The notes under the pieces were generated by a model. The model did not search any database. It had not been told where the DNA came from and saw only the letters and a program-made list of their open reading frames with translations. From Leucoraja ocellata (taxonomy: Eukaryota), in the NCBI GenBank assembly GCA_036785375.1, contig JAWMAR010000050.1, forward strand, positions 9,176,001 to 9,240,000: 64,000 nucleotides of DNA, in the 5' to 3' direction. This document shows positions 12,978 through 26,470 of the stretch, in pieces (position 1 is the stretch's first letter; each line of letters starts with the position of its first letter). The position numbers and the translations under genes were made by a program.

Positions 12978-14478
12978 TTGTCAGCAAAGCATCACTCCCT
13001 GACGAGCTCAATGTGTTTTACTCACGCTTTGACAGTGCCTTCCCGAGCCCCCATTCGCCGTGATGGTATTTCAGTCAGAGTCACAGAGGCAGACGTCAGA
13101 AGATCCTTCAGGGGGGTGAACCCTCGGAAAGTGCCTGTACCTGATAGTATACCCGGCCGTGTTCTAAAAACCTGTGCGGACCAACTGGCTGGATATTTTA
13201 CGGACATTTTCAACCTCTCACTTCTGAGGTCTGAGGTTCCCACCTGCTTTAAAAGGTCAACAATAATACCGGTGCCCAAGAGCAAGGTGACGTGCCTCAA
13301 TGACCATCGACCAGTGGCACTAACGTCTCTTGTGCTGAAGTGCTTTGAGAGGTTGATTATGGCGCATATCAACTCCTACCTCGACAAGAACCTCGACCCA
13401 CTGCAGTTCGCTTACCGGCACAACAGATCAACGGTGGATGCGATCTCACTGGCTCTCTACTACGCTCTGGACCACTTGGACAACAAAAACTCATATGTCA
13501 GGCTTTTATTTATTGACTACAACTCAGCATTTAACACCATCATCCCCTCCAAGCTGGTTACCAAGCTCTCAGATCTGGGTCTCTGCGCATCCCTCTGCAA
13601 TTGAATTCTTGACTTCCTCATCCACAAACTAGTCTGGCTGTATTGGTGGAAATGTGTCATCCTCGATAACAATCAGCACGGGAGCACCTCAAGGCTGCGT
13701 GCTTAGCCCCCTACTGTACTCATATGTCCAGCTACACACTCATGACTGTGTAGCTGGACATAGTGCAAACTCCATCATCAAGTTCATCGATGACACCACT
13801 GTTGTGGGACAAATCACTGATGGTGACGAGTCAGAGTATAAAAGTGAGATCGACCGATTGACCAAATGGTGCCAGCACAATAACCTGGCTCTCAACACCA
13901 GCAAAACCAATGAACTGATTGTGGACTTTGGAAGGGGTAGGATAGGGACCCACAATCCCATTTATATCAATGGGACGATGGTGGAAAGAGTCAAGAACTT
14001 AAAATTCCTGGGCGTCTATATTTCCGAAGATCTCTCCTGGTCCCAGCACACTGATGCAATTATAAAGAAAGCACATCAGCGCATCTACTTCCTGAGTAGA
14101 TTATGGAGAGTCGGTATGTCAAAGAGGACATTCTCGAACCTCTTCAGGTGCACAGTAAAGAGCATACTGACTGGTTGCATCGTGGTTTGGTTCGGCAACT
14201 TGAGCGTCCAGGAGCGGAAAAGAATGCAGAAAGTTGTGACCACTGCCCAGTCCATCATCGGCTCTGACCTCCCCACCCTCGAAGGGATCTATCACAGTCG
14301 CTGCCTCAAAAAGGCAGCCAACATCATCAAAGACCCAGACCATCCTGGCCACACACTCATCTCTCTGCTGCCATCAGGTAGAAGGTACAGGAGCCTGATA
14401 TCTGGTACATCCAGTTTCAGGAACAGCTTCTTCCCCACAGCCATCAGGCTATTAAACTCACCATCAAACAAACTCTGA
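12978..14478 (+). pseudogene. Rex1-type reverse transcriptase, disrupted
   Basis: ORFs 12978-13604 and 13654-14478 carry [41 protein letters not shown]; stop at 13602-13604 plus frameshift. Confidence 0.9.
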
Positions 14479-14672
14479 ACTATAACAGCCTATTACACTT
14501 TATCTGCCTATTTATGTGTGTATATATATGGTCTATGCTAAATGACACACTGAACTGTTCTGTATTTATGCTTACAATACTCTGTTGTGCTGCAGCAAGC
14601 AAGAATTTAATTGTCCTATCTGGGCCACATGACAATAAACTCTCTTGACTTGACTTGACTTGACTTGACTTG
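12990..14672 (+). mobile_element. Rex1/Babar non-LTR retrotransposon, 5' truncated
   Basis: RT ORF pieces plus 3' UTR ending GACAATAAAC and (GACTT)n tail at 14645-14671. Confidence 0.9.
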
Positions 14673-15968
14673 AGATTGGGCATCTCCCACTGTCTACTTG
14701 GACAGCCTGATCCATTTGCAAACACATGTTGTGCTCCAAAAAAACATTCCATTGCCATTCAGATTGCAGGACTGACTGCCCCTGTGGCTAATCTTTCAAG
14801 CTCAACCTCTGGAGCTACATTTCCATGCATATAAACATATAGCATCCATTATCTGCAACCAGGGATTTGGCCATCAATCATAGTGACTAAATATCAATTT
14901 GATAAGCTGGGAGAACAATGCATAGGGCATTTCTAACATAGTCTTTAGTTTATGCTAGAATTTCCAGGGACTGAATTCACATCAGTTAAATGTGTTATGA
15001 ATACACAATGGAGGGTGTTGCGGGGGAGCAGGGAAACTGACAGCATATTCTTGATGTCTGCTTTTAGTTGCAGGAGCACACAATAGAGATTGCTGTCAGA
15101 TGTAACCCACCACCATGGTGAGTGCTGATAAATACATGCATTATCTTACTACATGCATTATCTTACTGCACAGTTCTAGTTAATATGGTAATTTTGCAAA
15201 CTTCTGTAAACCTGCAGTCAACAGTGTAAGGAAATGACATTTTTTTTTAAAACAATTCCGTTTGTACAACTTCTTTCATTGGTGATTCTTTCTAGTTGTG
15301 TTACGATACAATGAAATTGTCAGATTTTTCCATTTTGTTTTTTTAAAAATCAGTTCAATATTGTTTTTCTTTAATAAATTAGCAACGTCACTTGAAGCTT
15401 CATTTATTTAAAGAACTCAACTTTAGCAAGTTATGTGCATGAAATGCTCATATAATTAGCAATGTCACTTAATTCATGTGGCAAGCAGGAAGATGACGTG
15501 GCGTATTCCTTTTAGATCATGACACACAATAACAAAAATAGAGGATTGCAAAGCTTCCTTCATTTTGTTTGTTTAAAAAGGTTTCCTTAATACCATGCAG
15601 GCTGAATGCTGTATATATTTATTTGTTTCCTCTAGAGAATCAAGTGGAATATTCCAATCTGAAATAAAAAGCCTTGAACCTTTTGGTGTTAATGATATTT
15701 TGATGTACTTCCTGATAATTTTCTACATTGCTATCTACTTTCTGAATCTGTTAATTTGTCAATTTATTTATAGGTTTGGTAATATGGGTATTCCTATAGC
15801 TTAACTCAGCTGAAAGTTATCCAAAAGGAAACAGCTTGCGAATCAAAGGTGAAAGGTGGCTAGACATGCGAATGTCTCCTCATCCACCGTGACAGTTTAC
15901 TTAATGCTGAACGAGATGTCTTGAGGTCCTTTGTATCTGCAATTCCATGCCTATCCAAGAAAATATGA

Positions 15969-16184
15969 GCCCAAGAATTCATTCGGCCCACAATGTCTAT
16001 ACTAGCCCTCTGGAAACCAGTACCTTCAGCCCGCAACACCCATACTAGCGCAACAGACAGCCCAGCCCCCCCCCCCCCCCCCCCACTGGCGTGCAATATT
16101 GGAATTGGTGTAGAGGTAAAATATTGGATTGGTGACCAGCCCTCCCGTGTGATGCTGGGACCCAACGGGTCCCACTTAGACTAG
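15969..16184 (+). mobile_element. Non-autonomous Helitron, 3' fragment
   Basis: Hairpin TGGGACCC-AAC-GGGTCCCA then CTAG|T at 16181-16184; body matches 47950-48035. Confidence 0.75.
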
Positions 16185-18269
16185 TAAGCTTTGTTTTTTT
16201 CCAAATTCTGTGTTTTACCTGAATTAGTATAATCTCTTATCCAGGTAATTTCTGAATCAAAGGTTATTAAGTGAAGGATTGTAACGGATGTAATGTGTTG
16301 TATTGATTTCTTTGGCACTCCTTTCCAACACCAGTCAAATTCATCGAAAACCACAAAGTCTGTCAAAATCTTTAATGGGGTTGATCTTCCACAGGGAATC
16401 ATCCACTTATACCAATGAATAAAGTGGTTACAGAGGCTCGGTATGCTGTACAAGTCTTGCATATGGCGTGCACAGCCTAAAGTTGTCGGTCAAGGGTAGA
16501 CATCCAGGCCAGGACAGCATCAGTTACTGGGTGACTGCACAAGTGACTGACATCTCAAAAGCTATTTTAGCAGCTACATGGCACAGACCAGTGGTGTGGT
16601 GGATTACTCTCATCTTACATGGATGAGTGCAGCCCCAACAATCAAGAAGCTTAATACCATCCAGGATAAAGAAAGCTGCTTGATTAGCATTCTGGCCATC
16701 TCGCTGTACCTTATTTTCATCCACAACACACACAAAATACATAGCAGAGCTCACTTAGGTTTCTCAGGTAGCAGTCCCAGTCAATAACTTCCACCTCCAA
16801 TTTAGTCAAAGGCAGGAGATGCAAGGGAACATTACCACACAGCATCCCAACTTCAAAACAAACCATTTCATCATTGTTAAGTTGTCAAAAATCATAGAAT
16901 TCTACCCAATATAATTGTGCCAGCTGCATAACCAGCAGGGCTGCACTAGTTCAAGGAGACTGAATGCCAATATCATCAAGGGATATTGACAATAATCAAT
17001 AAATGTTGATCTTTCACATTTCATAAATTTGTAATTATAGAAACAATTAAAGCCTAGAAACTACAGATGCATTAAATCAGAGTCAGCAGTAGAGAACTGA
17101 GACAGGAATGAAGACAGACAATGGTGCATGAGATGATGTAAGAATTTACAGTAACTGGTGAGCAAACATTGCCACTTCCCCATTTAGTTTCCAAAAGCTG
17201 TTGTAAGGCTATTTACTATAAGTTCATCCAAAGGGCACAATTTTGAATAGGGAACAGTCATATTTACTAAAAAAAAAAGCAAAGCAAAGAAAAAGCATTT
17301 ATCAAAAGAAGATATATTTTTTAAGTTCTCTTTTCAATTTGCACAGAAGTTAAAAGCTGAAGGAATGAGATTATTTTCCTGAAAAGGTAAATTCACAGTG
17401 GTCAAGAAGTCCTTCAGCAATATTGACATAATAGTTTCTACATCACATCCTACTTTACTGCTTCTGATCTCCAAAAGAAATTCAAGAAGTACCTGCAGTT
17501 CATTACCTGTGAATTGGGGTGCCAGACAGAACTCAATATTCACATATATATAATTGTTCTGCTACAGTTTTTGACAGAATGGCATTACTTGAATAGCAAC
17601 TCTTGAATGTTTGAGTTAACTGTAAATTCTGTGCTGTTAAGACCTACAGTAACCTTCCTTACCTCTCTAAATGGGTGAGTGAAAACAATCCACATTAATG
17701 GAAGTAAGAATTTTGACAACTAATACTTTGTTTTATGCTGTCAATGCGTATTGTTATAAATGCCATGTTAACAAAATAGACAAATGCATCAATATTTTGA
17801 AATGTAGGTAACAGTTTATTGAGTAATAAAGACAGAAATAGGGATTGCCAGGAGATTTTATCAAATGTGAGATTCTTCAGTAGCTGATAGGTTTGATGTT
17901 TGTGTAATAGTTTTAAAAAGCAATAAACTAGGCCGAGACTGTGGGATAACCAGTGGTATTGAGAAACATTTTGATAATAAGCACCATATACATTTTCAGA
18001 ATGAACAACAGCATACTTTCACTTTACAAAAAAATCAACACAAATCATATTTCATTTGGTAACTGAAATTAAAAAAGCTGTCAACATTATCAATTTTAAG
18101 CAACAGCAACAGGAGCACCACTAAGGTTGTGGCAAGCGTCAAGCAATGAAGGCAGCAATGAGACAGTCCCATACCATGGGACCCTACCACGCAACATCAA
18201 TATAGCTTCTTCACCAGGACTACTTTGGATCAAAGAGGCAGATCACCACCAACATTAAGGGATATTGGG

Positions 18270-21200
18270 ATAGACAATAGGTGCAGGAGTAGGCCATTCG
18301 GCCCTTCAAGCCAACACCGCCATTCAATGTGATCATGGCTGATCATCCCCAATCAGTACCCCGTTTCTGTCTTCTCCCCATATCCCCTGACTCCAGGGGT
18401 GGGAATCCTGGGGGGTACAGGGGGGGACGTCCTCCTCCCTCCCCCCCCCATGCTTTGAGAGGTGGGGGATAATCTCCTCCATGTTTTGTCATCTGGACAT
18501 TATCAACCGCGTTCTAAGGGCTGAATCGGCCCATTCGCGGGGCCTTTCAAAGCCCGCCGTGGCTTAAAATCAAACTGCTGCATCGAGGCGATCAAGGCTC
18601 CCGATGTTGAAGTCTCCGCCGGCCGATGAAAGACCTCGTGAACGGGCCGATTCAAACCCACGGCAGAAGCCTCACTCAAATGCATCCCGCTCTCTCCCCC
18701 AGCCCAGCATGCCGCTTGACTTGGGGGTGATCGGTACAGTGTGGAGTCGGCGCCCGATGAACAGAGGGAATCGGGACCAGGTCACCGCTAGGGATGCGGT
18801 TCTCTATCTGGAAGGTGGAGGATCTGCTGCGGTTGGTGGCAGGTACACAGAGAGAGGCCACTCGGCCCTCGCGTTGCTGCTGCCTCACAGCGCTAGGGAC
18901 ACGGGTTTAGATCCTGACTCCGAGCGCTGTCTGTACGGAGTTTTTTTCTCCCCACAAGCTCCTTGTCTGATATTAATCTCACCCTTGCTGCTGAACAGAC
19001 CGAGCACCAGCACCGAGTGCACGCTCCGCCACCTCTCTCGCTTAAGTTTATTTTGACAGTGGGTCTCCACAGAGCCCACGGCTGAAGCCTCCAAAGCCTC
19101 GCATGTGTGTGTGTGAGTGTGCACTTGCACGCACGGCCGCCAAGAAATTGTGTGTCTCCCGGCCTCCCCCCCCCCACCCCATGATTTGATAGCGAATTCC
19201 GTGCTTGCCTGACTCCGCTATATTTAAGAGCCCTATCTAGCTCTCTCTTGAGTATCCAGCGAACCTGCCTCCACCACCCTCTGAGGCAGAGAATTCCATA
19301 GACTCACAACTCTCTGTGTGAAAAAGTGTTACCTCATCTCCATTCTAAATGGCTTTATTCTAAATGGCTATATTCTTAAACAGTGGCCCCTGGTTCTGGA
19401 CTCCCCCAACATCAGGAACATGATGTTGGGGGTCTCCCTCTCATCAGGAACATGTTTCCTGCCTCTAGATTGTCCAAACCCTTAATAATCTTATATGTTT
19501 CAATAAGATCCCATCTCATCCTTCCAGAGTGTACAAGCCCAGCCGCTCCATTCTCTCAGCATATGACAGTCCCGCCATCCCGGGAATTAGCCTTGCAAAC
19601 CTACGCTGCGCTCCCTCATTAGCAAGAATGTCCTTCATCAAATTAGGGGACAAAAACATCCACACAATACTCCAGGTGTGGTCTCACTAGGGCCCTGTAC
19701 AACTGCAGAAGGACCTCTTTGCTCCTATACTCAACTCCTCTTGTTATGAAGGACAATTCACTTTCTTCACTGCCTGCTGTGCCTGCATGCTTACTTTCAC
19801 TGACTGATGAACAAGGACCCCCCAGATCCCATTGTACTTCCCCTTTTCCCAACTAAGCAACATGATGGTTTCTATAAGAAAGCAGATAGACAAAAATGGC
19901 GGTTTTCAGTTATTTTTAAATTTAGTAGGATTTAATTTTTGATTTAAAATTTTTGATTTAGATAATAATCTGCCTTCCTTTTTGCTATCAAAGTGGATAG
20001 CCTCACATTTATCCACATTAAACTGCATTTGTCAAGCATCTGCCCACTCACCCAACATGTCCACGTTACCGTGCATTCTCACAGCATCCTCCTCACAGTT
20101 CACACTGCCACCCAATTTTGTGTCATCTGCAAATTTGCTTTGAATCCCTTCATCTAAATCATTGATGTATATTATAAATAGCTGCGGTCCCAGCACCGAG
20201 CCTTGCGATACCCCACTAGGCACTGCCTGACATTCTGAAAGGGACCCGTTAATCCCTAATTTTTTCCTGTCTGCCAACCAATTTTCTATCCATGTCAGCA
20301 CTCTACACCCAATACCATGTCCCCTAATTTTGCCCACTAATCTCCTATGTGGGACCTTATCAAAGGCTTTCTGAAAGTCCAGGTACACTACATCCACTGG
20401 CTCTCCCTTCTCCATTTTCCTAGTTACATTCCAGATGATTAGTCAAGCATGATTTCCCCTTCGTAAATCCATGCCAACTCGGACCGATCCTGTTACTGCT
20501 ATCCAAATGTGCCGTTATTTCATCTTTTATGATTGACTCCAGCATCTTCCCCACAACCGATGTCAGGCTAACTGGTTAATAATTCCGTTTTCTCTCTCCT
20601 GCCTTCTTTAAAATGTGGGATAACATTAGCTACCCTCCAATCCACAGGAACTGATCGTGAATCTATAGAACATTGGAAAATTATCACCAACGTGTCCACG
20701 ATTTCTAGAGCCACTTCCTTAAGTACCTTGGGATGCAGACCATCAGGCCCTGGGGATTTATTAGCCTTCAGTCCCATCAGTCTACCCACCACCATTTCCT
20801 GCCTAATGTGGATTTCCTTCAGTCCCTCCGTCACCCCAGATCCTCTGGCCACTAGTACATCAGGAAGATTGTTTGTGTCCTCCATAGTGAAGGCGGATCC
20901 AAATTACCTGTTCAACTCATCTGCCATTTCCTTGTTCCCCATAATAAATTCACCTTTTTCAGTCTTCAAGGGTCCACCTTTGGTCGTAACTAATTTTTTC
21001 CTCTTCACATACCTAAAGAAGCTTTTACTATCCTCCTTTATATTCTTGGCTAGCTTACCATTGTACCTCATTTTTTCTCTCCGTATTGCCTTTTTTAGTT
21101 ATCTTCTGTTGCTCTTTAAACATTACCCAATCCTCTTGCTTCCCGTTCATCTTTGCTACGTTGTACTTCTTACCTTTTATTTTTATGCTGTCCCTGACGT

Positions 21201-21515
21201 CCCTTGTCAGCAATAGTCGCCCCTTACTCCCATTGGAATCTTTCCTCCTCTTTGGAATGAATTGATCCTGCACCTTCTGTATTATTCCCAGAAATACTTG
21301 CTATTGTTGTTCCACTGTCATCCATGCTAGGGTATCTGTCCAGTCAACTTTGGCCAGCTCCTCCTCATGGCTCCATAGTCCCCTTTATTCAACTTTAACA
21401 CTGACACCTCTGATTTACCCTACTCCCTCTCCAATTGTAGATTAAACCTAACCATATTATGGTCACTACCTCCTAACGGCTCTGTAACCGCAAGTTCCTT
21501 TATCAAGATGAGTGA
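18270..21515 (-). mobile_element. CR1/HER1-type LINE, 5' truncated and disrupted
   Basis: ORF fragments with GSDHNMVRF, KSPGPDGLHP, YLDFQKAFDKVPH, QGSVLGP, KFADD, RPHLEYC; interrupted by a hAT element. Confidence 0.9.
18394..19207. mobile_element. hAT-type non-autonomous element nested in CR1 3' UTR
   Basis: 8-bp TSD CCTGACTC at 18386-18393 and 19208-19215; imperfect termini CAGGGGTGGGAATC / GAATTCCGTGCTTG. Confidence 0.8.
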
Positions 21516-21842
21516 CACAGAGTGGTGGATAGGATCACTACCACATTTTAGAGATATTGGGATGAGGGGGGAAGAGGGTAGCATGGTGGATGAGATACAA
21601 ATCAAGTACTTTGCTTTGTAATGTCAACCTTCTTGAAAGTTGCACTTATCCAGGCCAATGAAACATCATATTGAAATGCTTTGCTACAAGAACATGATAA
21701 ACACATCACAAAATATTCAGTAACTGAACTACTCTTATTCCTGCAGCATTTTGGTGGCCAGTCCAACTGAGCTTCCAGCTAAAGGCAACCCCCAGTATGT
21801 TGGTAATAAGGTGCTAATGCTGTTGAATATCAAGAATAGGTA

Positions 21843-22168
21843 TTTAAGAAGGAACTGCAGATGCTGGAAAATCAAAGGTACCCAAAAATGCTGGAGAAAC
21901 TCGCTCTGGTGTTGTCGCTCTGGCCATGGAGGAGACCCAGGACAGAGAGGTCAGAAGGGGAATGGGAGGGGGAGTTGAAGTGCTGAGCCACCTGGTGGTC
22001 AGGTTGTTTATTGCGGACCAAGCGGAGGTGTTCGGCGAAATGATCACCAATCCTCCGCCGAACACCTCCATCAGTCTGAAGAAGGGTTTTGGCCCAAAAC
22101 GTTGCCCATTTCCTTCGTTCCATAGATGCTGCTGCATCCGCTGAGTTTCTCCAGCATTTTTGTGTACC
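21843..22168. mobile_element. Penelope-derived inverted-pair insertion
   Basis: Minus arm encodes a GIY-YIG piece (RRIGDHFAEHLRLVRNKQPDHQVAQHFNSPSH); plus arm has hammerhead core; perfect 14-bp TSD ATCAAGAATAGGTA at 21829-21842 and 22169-22182. Confidence 0.9.
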
Positions 22169-22354
22169 ATCAAGAATAGGTAGTTAGGCTCGCTCTTGTT
22201 AAAGATACCCATTTACCACATCACCCCAAACCTAACTGTTGACTACCTCTTGATACATGCAAGCATGGATTGATTCATTTACTGAAGAGGTGCGAATGGC
22301 ATTGAACATTGTGCGATGTTAGTAGGCATTCGCACTTCAGCACCTATGGTGATA

Positions 22355-22456
22355 GGAAGGTAGACAAAAATGCTGGAGAAACTCAGCGGGTGAGGCAGCA
22401 TCTATCAAGCGAAGGAATGGGTGTCGATTCGGGTTGAGACCCTTCTTCAGACTGAT
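22355..22456 (-). mobile_element. Penelope-derived short element
   Basis: Reverse complement reads ATCAGTCTGAAGAAGGGTCTCAACCCGAATCGAC...CTCCAGCATTTTTGTCTACC. Confidence 0.8.
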
Positions 22457-24701
22457 AGGAATGTTGCTGACAAAGCAGGTAAAGATATTTGGGCATAAGA
22501 CACCACCCACATGATTTGCCAAGATCTTTGATGTGGACACCATCATCATGATGATGATTTTGTGCTGTCACATTAAGAATGTTTTCAAATTCCAGGAAAT
22601 TGAGGCAATGTTTTCTGCAAATGTTGTTTTCAGTAACTTGGAGATCTGGCCTTCTGAATAAAATAAATGTATTGGATTTGGATAAGCTCCATTTCAGTCA
22701 TGCTAGAACCATGATACACTGTACAATGTTTACTCAGTGTCGCATCCCGCTTTTACAGAGAACCCCTGTAATCCTCATGCACATTATTTGGCTTGTATCA
22801 GCCAAATGGGTAATGTAGTCACTTGTATAATGAAATGCAAAATACATATTTATTTAAGAAAGATCATGCAAAAAGGATTATTAACCTAATTTCCCAAGAA
22901 GGGGAAATTTATTTGGATGAGTGATGAATTGTTTCAAATGTGGATTTTGGAATATACGTATTGTGGCTTTAAAAATTATACACAAATTGCACTATATACA
23001 TTCCAGCTCCTGCTTCCCAACAAGAAGTTTAAAAATTTGCTTTATCAGAATATTTTCCTTACCTGTTAGAAAATGTATTCAACATAACATTTACGTGGTG
23101 CCTTTCCTGAGGATAATAATATTTTATTAACCAACCTGCCAGTGGAATTGCAAACTTTGATATGTTACAATGACTTCACTATACAGGGGCGGGAATAGAA
23201 AGACCATGCAAATAGGACGAGATTTTTAAATATTCACAAAATAAATAGTTGCAGATCTAGCACCAAGGTTTATTCAGATTTATTCTCTACTTTCCTCTCT
23301 CAGCCTTTGCGCTACTTAACTTTATCTCAACTCAACTGCTTACCCTCTTCTTCAAAGTTACTCCCCACATTTTACTCCCCAAATCTCTCACTGCATATTT
23401 AACTCATAGTTCCATATTCATGGCTACCCCTTGATCGTGCCATCACCCAGAGCCTTCCTACTTATCATGGCTCTTACTCAAACAATGCCTCAGTCTTAGA
23501 ATGCTTATATTCTTATGTCTCTGTGCCCTCTTAGTGCTGGCTGATTTTAACCCTCGTGTTTTTATTAAAATATGAATTACTTCACTATTGGCAGCTTAAC
23601 TTTCAGCTGCCTTGATGTAATCACTGGAATTCTGTCCCTAAAACTATCTCTCCTCTTTAATTCATGCCTTGGAACTATCGGTCAAACATTTACCAGTCCT
23701 GACTTCCCTTCCCGTAGCCCAATGTCAAATGTGGTTTAGATTTTAGTTGATTGTTTGCTGTGCGAGGTATCTTGGGATGTTTTCATTATATTATAAAATT
23801 GCAAATCGTGTTAAAATATTTCTACATTGAAATATGCTTATTTAATATAAAATAGCCGATAATGAATTACATACAACATAATTTACATTTCAAATTTACG
23901 TCATTGTCATTGGGAGGTCAGTTGAATTAAATGTTGCATTGCCAAACAAAGGTTGCACACAACCTTCACTGTAAATACAAGTATATTGGGTCATGTGGTG
24001 CTGCATCCAATTTACCACATGTGCTTGGCCTCCATATTAATGTTCTGTGACCACTCTTAACTGTTGTGGCATTTGTAGGATTCATTGCACTGGAGGTCTC
24101 CATTGCACTGAGATTCGTTTGAAAGATGGAGTGTGCCATACATGATGACCAGATCACAGGAAGCAGGTCCGCCCCAGAACCTCCCAACACCCCATGGCTG
24201 CTCACCCCTCTTTTCACTATTTGAAAATATTCAAACAACATTTAACTGGGTTTAAATTATTGGAAGTGTAACTTGAACTGAAGTGTGGTTACTGTGCATC
24301 CTGACCTTCAACTTTGTACACAAAAGCATCTGCAGTAGCCCCGAGATCTGACATTGAGCAGGTTTCTGACCTTTGTTTGCATTTTACAAATGCAAAAGAT
24401 GAAGAGGTGCTGAACAATTTAGGACAGACATTTGGTGCTTCACCACATAATCAACCTATAAATCAGTGGTTGATGTGCTCCACTAGCATAGATATGTCTT
24501 ATTAAACAGCAAGAATTTACTTTCTTCCTGTGAACTCAGTCTCATTTTTAAATTACAGGATATCGAATCTCAAAAAGAGTTCACATTTGTGAAAAACTTA
24601 GAATAAATAATTAATTGGATTAAAAACTTCATACAGATTATAAATTTCTAAGTAATTAAAGATGTCACAAACAGTTTTGATATGATTGATGACAGAAAAT
24701 A

Positions 24702-26470
24702 TCTATACAGGTGCACAACCTTTTATCCGAAAGCCTTGGGACCAGACACTTGTCGGATTTCGGACATTTTCGGATTTCCGAATGGAAGATTTTTAGCATA
24801 GATTAGGTAGGTAGCGCGGGCGGCTTGAAAAGTCTGGAGCGACTGCCTACTCCCCGGAGACCGGGGAATCATTGTAAATCATTGCATAAATGTTAGTCAG
24901 TTAGTTTGGAGGGATTTTATGTGGTGGGTGGGTGAAGGGGGAAACTTTCATTCTTAGTCCCCTACCTGGTCGGCGACTCCCAACATCGCGGAGCTGGGGG
25001 CTCCGTCCGGCCGCGGGCGGCGCCAGTTGTAGCTCCGACCCCGGCAACTCTACCCCTGGCTGCGAGGCGCTCCAAATCCAGCACCGCCCGCGGTCGGACG
25101 CCCAGTCCCAGCTCCGCGAATGTTGGGAGAAGGCGGCCTCCGCGCCCTGGAGCTTACTGCACAGTGACCCGGTAAGGCATTGCCCGCTCCCCGCTGGTAT
25201 CCCAGCGCTGCGACGCCGCCGACTCCCAACATTTTTCGGAGCTGGGGTGGGGGGCGTCCGGCCGCGGGCGGCGCTGGATTTGGAGCGCCTCGCAGCCAGG
25301 GGCAGAGTTGCCGGGGTCGGAGCTACAACCGGCACCGCCCGCAGCCCCAGCTGGGAGTTGGCGGCCACAGCGCTGCGGAGCTTACTGCACGGCGACCCGG
25401 TAAGGCATTGACCACTCCCCGTCTCTCCGACCAGGTAGGGGACTAAGAATTAAAGTTTACCCCTTCAACCCCCCCTTCACATAAAAGCCCTCCAAACTAA
25501 CTGACTAACATTTAAGCAATGATTTACAGATGTTTAAGTGTCTCCCCGGTCTCCGGGGAGGAGGCAGCCGCTACAGTAGTACAGACCTGGGTTGACCGTG
25601 GGTCGTTTCGGGTCAAGTTTGGCGCCAAACGCGAGCTTTGGTGTGCAGACGACATCCTGGAAAAAATGGCCGGTTTTCGGAATTTTTCGGTTTCCGGAAC
25701 ACCGGATAAAAGGTTGTGCACCTGTAGAAGTAAAAGTCTCATCTTGACCACTCTATACAGCGCTCTATATTGATTTTAGAAAAAACGCTACACTGTATCA
25801 CTGTGGATTTTTGGCCATCTTACTCACAGTCCTCCTCCGCTGAGCCAGCCCTGAGGATTTTTCCCATCGATAAAAAAAAAGTTATGAGTGTTTAAAAATC
25901 CTTGAGATCAGCTGATTGGTCCTCTCGCCTGTCACTCGTCACGTTGAAGGTAACGCCCCTTCTTGGGGGGGGGGGGGTGGCAAGACTATAAAACCCCAGA
26001 TGCCTAGACATGAGTCAGTCACTCTGCAAGATCGCAAGGGAGAGGCAACGACTGTCATTCTAAGCTGTGAATCTGCAATGTACTTGCAATAGATTATTTG
26101 TTAGTCCTTAATGACAATGCCATGTGTTGTTTGGCCTGTTGCCCTGCCTGTGCTTGAAACTGCAATGCTTAATTAGGTCTGACTGTGTTTGGAAGGAATA
26201 AATGCTTTCTTAGGTCTGACTGTATTTAGTCCAAAAGTCCCGCTCATTTCGTGACTTCCGCTTAGTGGACAGGTCTCACTGATTGCATAATTTCCAGTAA
26301 GTGCAGAGGTCACGCTGATTGCGGAAGTGCCGCTGACTGCGCAAGCCCCACAGCAGAGTGGCCGCGCTCAGCTATGTGAGTAGATTCAAGAAAATTTACT
26401 GTCATATATACTGTTGGGGGACAAGCCCTCCCGTGTGAAGCTGGGACCTAACGGGTTCCACTTAATCTAG
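24702..26470 (+). mobile_element. Non-autonomous Helitron (with MITE inserted in its 5' end)
   Basis: A|TCTATA 5' end continuing after the MITE as ...TAAAAGTCTCATCTTGACCAC (matches 46555 copy); 3' hairpin GGGACCT-AAC-GGGTTCC and CTAG|T at 26467-26470. Confidence 0.75.
24708..25724. mobile_element. Tc1/mariner-type foldback MITE
   Basis: Perfect 22-bp TIR CAGGTGCACAACCTTTTATCCG, TA TSD at 24706-24707 and 25725-25726; long internal inverted repeats. Confidence 0.9.

Noticed and set aside
24901-25446. 155-159 aa ORFs on both strands
   Set aside because: GC-rich palindromic MITE interior; no transposase motifs
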